A DNA stretch of 38,992 bases from a virus (lineage: Duplodnaviria > Heunggongvirae > Uroviricota > Caudoviricetes). Below are positions 1 to 7,806 of this stretch, piece by piece. The stretch lies in IMG/VR virus record IMGVR_UViG_2785510761_000002; one strand, written 5' to 3'. A program made the position numbers and the translations under genes. Each line of letters starts with the position of its first letter. Position 1 is the first letter of the stretch. Below the pieces are notes generated by a model. The model was not told the DNA's origin. It saw only the letters and a list, made by a program, of their open reading frames with translations, and did not search any database.

Positions 1-225
1 TTAGATACGCGCCGTGATCTTTTCAGCCAGACCACGAAGTTGATCAGCAGTCATGGAGGCCACTAGCCACGATAGGGCAGCTACGGCCTGAGTATCGCTG
101 TGCGGGAGTGTGATGCCCGTTTCCTCGAGCACTGCAATGTGCGCCGCGTCTGGGTGAGAAACCGCCAGGTCAAGGATTGTGTCCGCCGATGTGGTGTCAG
201 GCAGGAACGCTGCTGCTGCAGTCAT
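1..225 (-). CDS. Hypothetical protein (74 aa)
   Basis: ATG at 225 preceded by SD GGAGGA (cggaggatcagcATG); TAA at 1-3; last gene of a co-directional run. Confidence 0.7.
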   Translation of the reverse strand: MTAAAAFLPDTTSADTILDLAVSHPDAAHIAVLEETGITLPHSDTQAVAALSWLVASMTADQLRGLAEKITARI

Positions 226-237
226 GCTGATCCTCCG

Positions 238-411
238 TTAGAAGTCAGGGAAGTCTGGATAAAGGTCGATTTTGATCTCAGGCCTGATGGGTACTGGCGC
301 CGGCGACGATGGGTCGAGGACGGTCTTGGCGACCGGCTCCGCGGGTGGAAAAACCTCTTCGCCGTGCTCCGCTATCAGTCGAAGCGGCGGGTAATGGTCT
401 GAGTGGCTCAT
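238..411 (-). CDS. Small Pro-rich hypothetical protein (57 aa, MSHSDHYPPLRLIAEHGEE...KIDLYPDFPDF); not in the supplied ORF track
   Basis: Translated by hand: ATG at 411 with GGAG SD upstream, TAA at 238-240; fills the gap between two co-directional genes. Confidence 0.55.
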   Translation of the reverse strand: MSHSDHYPPLRLIAEHGEEVFPPAEPVAKTVLDPSSPAPVPIRPEIKIDLYPDFPDF

Positions 412-462
412 CGTGATACTCCGAGGAGCTGGGCGGAGTGATCTACAATCCGCCCAGCTGTC

Positions 463-1080
463 TTAACGTGGCTGGAAAGTGGCGAGCTTCGACGTATCGA
501 ACTGCCCGTTCATCGGCCCGAGCGCGTCCCAACGCACCTGCTGAGGGACGTAGTTGCCGTTCTGGTCGAACAGCCTGGTGTCAGCGCCGCGGAATGAGAT
601 GTCGTGCAGCACACGGACAGTGGGCTTTCTCGCGTTGCCCGTGTTCTCGATTGCGACGCGAAGCAGCACGTTTTCACCGATTCGACGAGCGGCAGTGCGC
701 GCAAGGTTCTTCGCGATGTCATCCCATTCGGTCGAGTTCGTGCGTACGATCTCCTGCCCGAGCGGGTAGTCTTTCGTGGGCTCGGTTGCAATCACCAAAA
801 TCGCTCGGCCGCTCGTGGTCTCACGGTCCACGTGGATCAAGGTGCCCTTGATGTGCTTCCACTGCTTCACGTTCTTGTAGCGGCTCTCAACCCGGGAAAG
901 CGGCCCAGCAACTGCCATTGAGCCCGGGGAGAGGAGGAAACCTACACGCTCGATGATCTGGTCGAGGTTCTCCTGGCTCTCGACGGGCAAGCTCTTCTGA
1001 GCCGCCTCCACCGTCAGCGCAGTGCGCAGGATTTCGGAGCGCTGCTCGGCGCTGAATTCAAAGGGCTTGTTGTCGTCCAT
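463..1080 (-). CDS. Hypothetical protein (205 aa)
   Basis: SD-like AAGGA before ATG, 9 nt after the nuclease stop; no family recognised. Confidence 0.75.
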   Translation of the reverse strand: MDDNKPFEFSAEQRSEILRTALTVEAAQKSLPVESQENLDQIIERVGFLLSPGSMAVAGPLSRVESRYKNVKQWKHIKGTLIHVDRETTSGRAILVIATEPTKDYPLGQEIVRTNSTEWDDIAKNLARTAARRIGENVLLRVAIENTGNARKPTVRVLHDISFRGADTRLFDQNGNYVPQQVRWDALGPMNGQFDTSKLATFQPR

Positions 1081-1089
1081 GAGGATTCC

Positions 1090-1740
1090 TTACTGCGCCT
1101 GGAAGGGCGCGGTTTCGTTGGCGGGGAACAGCTGCTCAAGCTGACCGAACAGGTCGGTGTCGGTCGAGTCATCAAGGAACACCGCATCGACGGTTTGCAG
1201 GATCGCGATGCCCATGTTTTCGACACGGCCAGCCCACACGCTCCAGCTCTCCTGGTTCTGACCGAACGGAATCGGACCACCTGGGGTTGCGCGCTGGAGA
1301 TAGCGGATCGCTTCCTTCATCGCGTAGAGCGAGTGAGTGAAAGCACCGGACTGCATGTTCTGCGTGCCGGTGTAGCGGAACGCGATTCGGCGTGCGATGC
1401 GACCCAGCTGCTTCGCGAGCGAGTCCAACCGAGCGGGGCGAGCGGAAAACCCTGCCTCGCTGATCAGGTAAACGGCATACTCGGCGACGGCAGCGGCGTT
1501 GCGCGCAGCGTAAGAGCCAAGATCAAGCTCACCCTCGTTGTTCGTGGAGCTTTTCATATAGCTCTCCACACGTGGCAGACGCTGTGCTGGCTGAGCAGCC
1601 GGCTGCACTGCGGGAGCCTGCTGCACATCCACCAGCGTCTGCTGAGCCATCGGCGTCTGCTGCACTGCTACCTGCGCCTGCTGCGGCGCTGCCTGAGGCA
1701 TCATCTGAGGCTGCACGGGAGCCTGGACATCTTGGGACAT
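1090..1740 (-). CDS. Putative nested in-frame product (216 aa, MSQDVQAPVQ...) of the nuclease gene
   Basis: Perfect AGGAGG SD at 1745-1750, in-frame ATG at 1740, box A 31 nt upstream, abrupt switch to Q/P/A-rich sequence. Confidence 0.55.
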   Translation of the reverse strand: MSQDVQAPVQPQMMPQAAPQQAQVAVQQTPMAQQTLVDVQQAPAVQPAAQPAQRLPRVESYMKSSTNNEGELDLGSYAARNAAAVAEYAVYLISEAGFSARPARLDSLAKQLGRIARRIAFRYTGTQNMQSGAFTHSLYAMKEAIRYLQRATPGGPIPFGQNQESWSVWAGRVENMGIAILQTVDAVFLDDSTDTDLFGQLEQLFPANETAPFQAQ

Positions 1741-3009
1741 GGTTCCTCCTGGGTTGGTGGTGGTGTCAATCGAATGCGCGGCATGTCTGCGCTCCCAATC
1801 GGCATGTGCCGCGTCGGCCATCTCCTGTGTTTCGGCTGCGATGTAGGTGGCCAGGCGCTGTCCGTTCAGGCCACCGCTTTCGAGCTGCGGGGCCGGGGTG
1901 GACGCGGCGACGGTCTTCTGATCCATCAGCGCTTTCACCTTGTCTACGGCCAAGGCCATCGCCGCGTCCCGCTCTGCCTGTTCACCGGCGAGCACCTGTG
2001 CGCGCCGGCGAGACATGGCTGGGTCGTCGAGCTTCCCTCCGGGGATGTTGAGCTCTGAAGCGGTCGGCATCTTAGAAGCACTGTCGAGCGCGTTGTCCTT
2101 TTTGAGGCGCGCCACGGGGCAGGACTGGGCCAGATCGCACCATCCACACAGGGCGCTGGGTTTCGCGGGGAAGCGCTGTTCGTCTGCGTACCGCTGCAGA
2201 TCATCACGGCTCTGTTTCACGGAGATCAGGGTGCCCTGCACCTTTTCGGGTGCGATGTCGATCTGCCGAGTATGGGGTGCGCGGGGGTAGATCAGATTGA
2301 CACCGGTCACCACTTCGCCAGGATTGTTCGTCTCGAACACGTCCTTGTACCAGTGGCCCTGCATGCCGTAGTCGTCGCGGAAGCTTGGGTTCGGGTTGCC
2401 CTTCCACTTGCCGAACTTGTAGTCATCCACGATGATCTTGCCGGTGATCAGATCACGTCGAACTCGGTCGATTGAGCCCACGGTCACCACGCCGTTACTG
2501 GATGGGAGGCCCTTAAAGTCCCACTCGCTTCCGATCATCTCGATGCTCTGCGGTTCTTCCACCTTCAGGATGCCGAGTGACCACTCAAGAACAATGGACA
2601 GCCAGTATTCCCGGGAGAGCTCGTTGACCGCAGCGGTCTCGGGAAGTTTGTTTGCGAGCTTCTCAGGATCCCAGTATCGATTCGCGACGTCACGGGCGAT
2701 CGCTTTGAGCGCCGCCTCCGTGCGTTCAGCCGGCGGGAACTGATAGAACAGCTCCATGACTTCGTGCGCGCCTGTCCCCAGCTCATTTGCTGCGAACGGG
2801 TCGAAGAACCTCGGGAGGCGAGATTTACCCAGATGCTGTGCGGGGCACTTAGCAACATCGTGGGCACGGCTGATGGACAGCCAAGATTTTCGGGCCTTCT
2901 TCACATCCTCGGGAGTGTCTCCGACGAGGGCTGCCTTGAGGCGGTCGCTCGGCCATCTCTCCGAGGGGTCTTCCCAAGTTTCCCAGTGGAGACCGTCCAT
3001 GATGCTCAT
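1090..3009 (-). CDS. PD-(D/E)XK (RecB/Cas4/AddB-like) nuclease with 4-Cys Fe-S staple and a long C-terminal extension
   Basis: LGTGAHEVME, GSIDRV..IIVDDYKFG catalytic motifs, Q..WY motif; KCPAQ plus CGWCDLAQSC cysteines. Start moved to MSIMDG at 3009 (AGAGGA SD, ATGA overlap with upstream stop). Confidence 0.8.
   Translation of the reverse strand: MSIMDGLHWETWEDPSERWPSDRLKAALVGDTPEDVKKARKSWLSISRAHDVAKCPAQHLGKSRLPRFFDPFAANELGTGAHEVMELFYQFPPAERTEAALKAIARDVANRYWDPEKLANKLPETAAVNELSREYWLSIVLEWSLGILKVEEPQSIEMIGSEWDFKGLPSSNGVVTVGSIDRVRRDLITGKIIVDDYKFGKWKGNPNPSFRDDYGMQGHWYKDVFETNNPGEVVTGVNLIYPRAPHTRQIDIAPEKVQGTLISVKQSRDDLQRYADEQRFPAKPSALCGWCDLAQSCPVARLKKDNALDSASKMPTASELNIPGGKLDDPAMSRRRAQVLAGEQAERDAAMALAVDKVKALMDQKTVAASTPAPQLESGGLNGQRLATYIAAETQEMADAAHADWERRHAAHSIDTTTNPGGTMSQDVQAPVQPQMMPQAAPQQAQVAVQQTPMAQQTLVDVQQAPAVQPAAQPAQRLPRVESYMKSSTNNEGELDLGSYAARNAAAVAEYAVYLISEAGFSARPARLDSLAKQLGRIARRIAFRYTGTQNMQSGAFTHSLYAMKEAIRYLQRATPGGPIPFGQNQESWSVWAGRVENMGIAILQTVDAVFLDDSTDTDLFGQLEQLFPANETAPFQAQ
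1772..1781 (-). promoter_or_regulatory. Box A (CCGCGCATTC), internal to nuclease gene
   Basis: Exact copy of the recurrent motif, 31 nt before the internal ATG at 1740. Confidence 0.6.
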
Positions 3010-3380
3010 TCGGCGTCCTCTGCTTTCAGACGGGCCGGCATTGAGCTGACGTATAGCAACGTGCCGGCGCAGCCGATCATGAGATTGCATTTCGCGTTCT
3101 TGCCAGGGTTCTTCGAAGCGAGCACCCATCGTCGGCAGTTTGTGCAGATGAGCAGGGTGCTGAGTGGTGCGAGTCTGAGGTACTGCACGACGTAGGGATA
3201 CTCGTCGATCAACTGCTGCTGCTCAGCCGTCAGCTGAACGCGCGCGTGAGTCTCAGGTGACTCCACCAGCATCTTCCATGTGGAGCAGCCAGTAGCTTTC
3301 AACGTGAGCAGCCCTATGTGCGCAGCGCGCGCAACGTCTGGCAGCTCCTCGTTATCGCGAACCAGTTTCGGCTTAGCCAC
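3006..3380 (-). CDS. Small protein with a probable Cys4 zinc finger (124 aa)
   Basis: GTG at 3380 with GGGTGAGG SD; CTNC...CNLMIGC motif; overlaps both neighbours. Confidence 0.65.
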   Translation of the reverse strand: MAKPKLVRDNEELPDVARAAHIGLLTLKATGCSTWKMLVESPETHARVQLTAEQQQLIDEYPYVVQYLRLAPLSTLLICTNCRRWVLASKNPGKNAKCNLMIGCAGTLLYVSSMPARLKAEDAE

Positions 3381-3579
3381 GGGCCTCACCCTTTCCAGAT
3401 CCGAGAATCGCCATCCCGGAGACAATGAAAATCAACGCAAGAATCCCGCGTCCGTCAAAAGCTCCGTACCCGTTCGCCAGCATCACCGCATAGACGATGA
3501 GCGGCACGACCACCATGGCGATCGCCAGGAGGGTGAGCCATGCTGGGCGCTGGTATGTGCGAGTGCTCTTCGTGTTCAT
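3373..3579 (-). CDS. Small membrane protein, two TM helices (68 aa), probably leaderless
   Basis: Two hydrophobic stretches; no SD, ATG 8 nt after box A. Confidence 0.7.
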   Translation of the reverse strand: MNTKSTRTYQRPAWLTLLAIAMVVVPLIVYAVMLANGYGAFDGRGILALIFIVSGMAILGSGKGEARG

Positions 3580-3587
3580 GTCTGTTC

Positions 3588-3597
3588 GAATGCGCGG
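3588..3597 (-). promoter_or_regulatory. Box A (CCGCGCATTC)
   Basis: Exact motif 8 nt upstream of ATG 3579. Confidence 0.65.
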
Positions 3598-3600
3598 TGC

Positions 3601-6600
3601 TCAACGACCCATGCCGCCAGACATAGAGGCGATGAGTTTGCGGGCGATTTCGTCCTTCGACTGACGTTTCTTGGCCACCTCAACACTCTGAGCTGGCTCG
3701 GGTGAAGAGGCCTTTTCGGTGATCGTGACAGTTGAGTCATTGGGCTCGGCAATCGGGGGTGCGATTCGGAGATGCGGCGTTGATGCAGGTGCCTCATCAA
3801 CAGGAGCAGACGCGGCCGGACCAGCAATCAGCACCTGTGTGGCGGCGGCAAGAGCAAGGGAACCGTCAACCGATGGCGCTGCAGACGTTATGAATTCGGC
3901 TACTGGCTCCGGATTCGCGTCGCTTTGGGGTCGGGCGCTCTCCTCAACGAAAACCGCTGTGGTGTCAGCCTTCTTCTTGCTGCCGCTGGGCTTCTCTGGC
4001 GGCTGAGGCGCTGTCAGATCGATCTTCGGGTGTGGTGAGAAATCCACTCCTCCGACCTGGGTGAGCGGAATGTCGATGGGGTAGACGCCGCGAACGGTGA
4101 TCTCCTGGCGGACGATCTCCTGCTCCTCGCCGTCTCCGTCCTCGTCATCAGATCCGTGAGAGCGGACGTTGAATGAACGGGTTCCGATCTTGCCGAAGGC
4201 CACCACCGGGAACCCCACACGTGGGAATGATCCATCCGCCTTTGCCGCGGCTCGCTCCCTCTCCCACAGAACCCCGGTCAGTGACCCGTTGGCATCTTCC
4301 AGGGTGACACGGGCGAACGCACCGCTCTTGTACGGGCGCTCTTCGTACGAGGTCAGGATTCCGGCGACGTGAACCAGTGAACCGTCGGCAACATCTGCCG
4401 CCAAGAGTTCACTGACGGTCACAGCGGATGGGCTCGCGTAGCCAGTGTTCTCAGCTCCCGGTCGAGTCCACCCCGTGAGGGTCTCCTGTACCTGCTGTCG
4501 TACGTTGGCGTCGAGCGACATCAGCAGACGCGAGGTCTGTCTAACACTCAGCTCCAGCGCCGTGTACTCCATACGCGGGATCGCTGCGCACTCATTCATC
4601 CCCAGCCGCTGAACGAACCGTAGCCCCATGCGGGGGCCGAATGCATCCAGAGCGCCTGAGTCGATGAGTGCCTCCACGCGTGAGTGGGAGAGCGTAATCT
4701 GGTCGGATCCCGCCGAGGTGCGCTTCAGCAGGTCAGGCAGCGACGTGTAGGGGGCATCCGTTCTAGCTTCGATGATCGCTTCAGCAGCAGAGCCGACACC
4801 CTTGATCTCAGACAAGCCGATGAGCACGGAGTCTGCTGCTTCGTTTGGTGCGCTCAGCAGTCCACTCTCATTGATGTTCGGGGGCAGCACCTGCATCCCC
4901 TCATCGATAAGCGCGCGCATCGCCGCGAGTCTCTTCTCTGCCTTGTCAGGTGGCGTCACCGAGAGAGTCGCTGCACCGTAGTGGGCCGGGAAGTTCGCTT
5001 TCAGGTATGCCGTGATGTAGGCGATGTAGGCGTATGCCTGGGAATGAGACTTGTTGAAGAGGTACTCGGCGCTTCCCTTCATCGCCTCCCAGACCCGGTT
5101 TGCTGTCTGTTCGGAGAACACGGGACTGTAGACGGCGCCGGTCTCGTCGCGGAACTCCTGGACTGCGCCCTCAAGGAACTTCGCACCGACTTCATCCATG
5201 ACGGATTTGATCTTCTTGGAGACAGCCTTTCGGAGCTTTGAGCGCCACATGTCGTCAAACCCAGCGACGACACCGCCGAGACGCATAACCTGCTCCTGGT
5301 AGCAAAAAACGCCGTAGGTCACATCCATCACGGAGCCGAGCCACTTCGCCTCCTCGGGGTCGCTGGTCAGGTAGTCGTAGCTCACAGGCTCTCGGCCGTT
5401 CTTCCTGTCCGCGTATTTCGAGTGCATGCCGGCCGACAGCGGCCCCGGCCGGAACAGTGCGACAACCGCTGAGAGGTCGTCCAACGTGTCAGGGCCGATC
5501 TCCTCGAGGAGGCGTGTCATCCCATCTGACTCCAGCTGGAAGATGCCGGCGGTGCGCCCCTCTTGCAGCATCTGGAACGCCTTGCGGACGCGGGGGTCTG
5601 AGCTGTCGTGGTCCGGGTCAGGCAGGCCGTAGAATTCCAGGCTCTCGTTTGTCCGCTCGTTCACTGAGTCGATGGCCAGATGTGCCATGTCCAAGTTTCG
5701 GATCGCGAGGATGTCGAACTTCACGAGGCCGAAGTCCTCGATCATGTCCTTATCCCACTCGGTCACCCAGCGTGACCAGTCAGCGGAACTGGGCTTGTGC
5801 CAGCGCATTGGGATCAGGTCAGTCAGGGGCTCGGGAGAGATGATGACGCCAGACGCATGCACACCGCCCACCTTGGCGACATTGTAGAAACTGCCCATCA
5901 GCGAAAGCACCGGTTCGAGGTGCTTCACGCTACTCGTCGCGGACCAGAACTCAGCTACGCTCAGGTGGTCCTCACCGCGAATGACGATCCCGGTTCCCTG
6001 GCTCGATAGGAGCTCAGTTGCGGTCAAGTCTTGGGGGAGGAGCTTTGAGAGCTTGTCGCTGAGCGCTGCGGGCTCGCCGAGCACTCGCAGTGCGTCCTTG
6101 AGCGCCTGTCGGATCTGTGGCCGGCCGATGTTTCCGATCTGGGCGACATGATCCTCGCCCCAGAGTTCCACCAGGTGCGCGATGATCTGCTGCTTGTGTC
6201 GTGACTCAAAATCGATGTCGATGTCAGGGAGCTCGGCACGCCCTGGCTCGAGGAACCGCTCGAACAGCAGGTCGTACTCGATTGGGTCAAGCTGTGTGAT
6301 CCCGAGGATGTACGCAACCAGTGACCCCGCTGCGGAGCCACGCCCGGGGCCGACGTAGAACCCCTGCTCGCGCGCCCATGTGATCATCTCGTGCACAATG
6401 AGGAAGTAGTCGATGAACCCCATGCCGCTGATGGTTCCCAGCTCGGTGTTCAGTCGGTCCTTGTACTCCTGCGTCAGCCCCTCTGGGAAGCGCTGTTCAA
6501 GGCCCTGCTCAATCAGGGAGCGTAGGTACTGGGTGTTACGCTCGAACCCGTCAGGAAGAGGGAACTCAGGCAGGCGCACTCGACGCTCAGGCATCGCATC

Positions 6601-7707
6601 CCACTCCACACGCGCCGCAACCGCGAGTGTGTTGTCGCAGGCTTCCTGCCACCAAGGCTCATCACTGAGCGCCCGCATCTCCTGAGAGGTACGCACGTGG
6701 TAGCCGGTCCCATGGAAGCTGAACTTCGAGTTCGCCAGCGTCGAGTCAGTTTGCAGCGCCAGCCACGCACTGTGGGCAGTCTGGTCTTCTGCGGTGGTGT
6801 GATGCGAGTCGTTCGTTGCGACGATGGGCAGGCTGAATTCCGCGGCCAGCAGGCGCAGCTCAGGCAAAGTCATCTGCTCATCGGCGTTCCCGTGCTCCAT
6901 CACCTCGATGTACACGTTTTCCTGACCGACGGCATCGATTAGTTTGGATACGTTCTCGCGAGCACGCCCACGCTCAGCGGTGGTCGCGAGCGTCCAATCT
7001 ACGATCTGCTGTGGGCTGTATCGTTGGCCGTCGGATCCAGTCGCAGATGCAGCTTCGAGCGCGAGAGCGCGAAGTTCCTCAGACTGCTTTTCGGTTGATC
7101 CGTCTGGGATCGTAATGGGGGTGCTGAAGTAGCTACTTGCTCGGTTGAAGGCCTCCGTCTGGCGGTCGCCGAACAGGGTATTCAGCTTGTGCTCTGCGGT
7201 TACCGCTCGGCTGAGTGGGCCGAACACGGGGCCGCCGATGCAGCCGGTGAGAACCATGAGGCCCTCGCCGTACTTCTGCAGAACCTCGTAGTCGATGAGC
7301 TGGGCCCTGCCGTGCTTGTGCATCGAGCTTTCGTTGTGCAGCCGCACTAGGTTGCTCCAACCGGTTCGGTCGCGCGCGATGATCGTCAGGTGCTCGTAAG
7401 TGCGCGTCTTGCGGTTCTTGGTCGCTTTCGCGTCGCCTCCCTCGGAGGCGGAATCGTCGGCACTGACTTCGATTGTTTGGCGCTCTGTACGGCTGCCGAT
7501 GGCGATATAGGCTTCCAAACCGGGGAGCAGCTTTACACCGGTGCGGTTTGCGTGCTTGTGGGCCTCCCACATCGCCGCCAAGGACTTGTGATCAGTGATC
7601 GCCACCGCTGGAGCGCCGTCGGCTTGCGCCTGATCGAACAGGTCGCCAACTCGGGTGAGGCCGTCGAGCATGGAGTGTTCGGTGTGAACATGCAGGTGGA
7701 CGAACAC
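3601..7707 (-). CDS. dnaE: DNA polymerase III alpha subunit (DnaE1-type, intact PHP site)
   Basis: FVHLHVHTEHSMLDG, AITDH, GLEAY, EHLT, TGC, TNDSHH (PHP); GPGRGSAAGSLVAY, PDIDIDF, VKFDIL (palm); FNKSHSQAY; HhH and OB-fold regions; TAAGGAG SD before GTG. Confidence 0.97.
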   Translation of the reverse strand: MFVHLHVHTEHSMLDGLTRVGDLFDQAQADGAPAVAITDHKSLAAMWEAHKHANRTGVKLLPGLEAYIAIGSRTERQTIEVSADDSASEGGDAKATKNRKTRTYEHLTIIARDRTGWSNLVRLHNESSMHKHGRAQLIDYEVLQKYGEGLMVLTGCIGGPVFGPLSRAVTAEHKLNTLFGDRQTEAFNRASSYFSTPITIPDGSTEKQSEELRALALEAASATGSDGQRYSPQQIVDWTLATTAERGRARENVSKLIDAVGQENVYIEVMEHGNADEQMTLPELRLLAAEFSLPIVATNDSHHTTAEDQTAHSAWLALQTDSTLANSKFSFHGTGYHVRTSQEMRALSDEPWWQEACDNTLAVAARVEWDAMPERRVRLPEFPLPDGFERNTQYLRSLIEQGLEQRFPEGLTQEYKDRLNTELGTISGMGFIDYFLIVHEMITWAREQGFYVGPGRGSAAGSLVAYILGITQLDPIEYDLLFERFLEPGRAELPDIDIDFESRHKQQIIAHLVELWGEDHVAQIGNIGRPQIRQALKDALRVLGEPAALSDKLSKLLPQDLTATELLSSQGTGIVIRGEDHLSVAEFWSATSSVKHLEPVLSLMGSFYNVAKVGGVHASGVIISPEPLTDLIPMRWHKPSSADWSRWVTEWDKDMIEDFGLVKFDILAIRNLDMAHLAIDSVNERTNESLEFYGLPDPDHDSSDPRVRKAFQMLQEGRTAGIFQLESDGMTRLLEEIGPDTLDDLSAVVALFRPGPLSAGMHSKYADRKNGREPVSYDYLTSDPEEAKWLGSVMDVTYGVFCYQEQVMRLGGVVAGFDDMWRSKLRKAVSKKIKSVMDEVGAKFLEGAVQEFRDETGAVYSPVFSEQTANRVWEAMKGSAEYLFNKSHSQAYAYIAYITAYLKANFPAHYGAATLSVTPPDKAEKRLAAMRALIDEGMQVLPPNINESGLLSAPNEAADSVLIGLSEIKGVGSAAEAIIEARTDAPYTSLPDLLKRTSAGSDQITLSHSRVEALIDSGALDAFGPRMGLRFVQRLGMNECAAIPRMEYTALELSVRQTSRLLMSLDANVRQQVQETLTGWTRPGAENTGYASPSAVTVSELLAADVADGSLVHVAGILTSYEERPYKSGAFARVTLEDANGSLTGVLWERERAAAKADGSFPRVGFPVVAFGKIGTRSFNVRSHGSDDEDGDGEEQEIVRQEITVRGVYPIDIPLTQVGGVDFSPHPKIDLTAPQPPEKPSGSKKKADTTAVFVEESARPQSDANPEPVAEFITSAAPSVDGSLALAAATQVLIAGPAASAPVDEAPASTPHLRIAPPIAEPNDSTVTITEKASSPEPAQSVEVAKKRQSKDEIARKLIASMSGGMGR

Positions 7708-7745
7708 GGGTGCTCCTTAGTATTTCGATGGATCTCTCACCCCTC

Positions 7746-7755
7746 TTATGCGCGG
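7746..7755 (-). promoter_or_regulatory. Box A variant (CCGCGCATAA)
   Basis: One mismatch to CCGCGCATT; 38 nt upstream of dnaE, 8 nt after a terminator. Confidence 0.55.
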
Positions 7756-7763
7756 TATAGGGA

Positions 7764-7797
7764 CAGAAAAGGCCGGCACCCTGGCCGGCCTTTTCTG
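7764..7797 (-). terminator. Intrinsic terminator after the primase-helicase gene
   Basis: Perfect 14-bp inverted repeat CAGAAAAGGCCGGC / GCCGGCCTTTTCTG, 6-nt loop, T-tract on both strands. Confidence 0.85.
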
Positions 7798-7806
7798 ATC
7801 AGGGGT

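Noticed and set aside
3010-3129. Longer upstream starts from the ORF track (3129, 11220, 12191, 15439, 17722, 20381, 34930)
   Set aside because: They overlap neighbouring genes or run through the boxes; downstream starts mostly have better SD sequences or stop/start coupling.
6967-7212. Intein in DnaE
   Set aside because: No N-terminal Cys/Ser with C-terminal His-Asn signature, and too short.
3601-7707. DnaE2/ImuC mutasome
   Set aside because: PHP ligands intact, no imuA/imuB neighbours, no SOS-box palindrome (TCGAAC-N4-GTTCGA) upstream.
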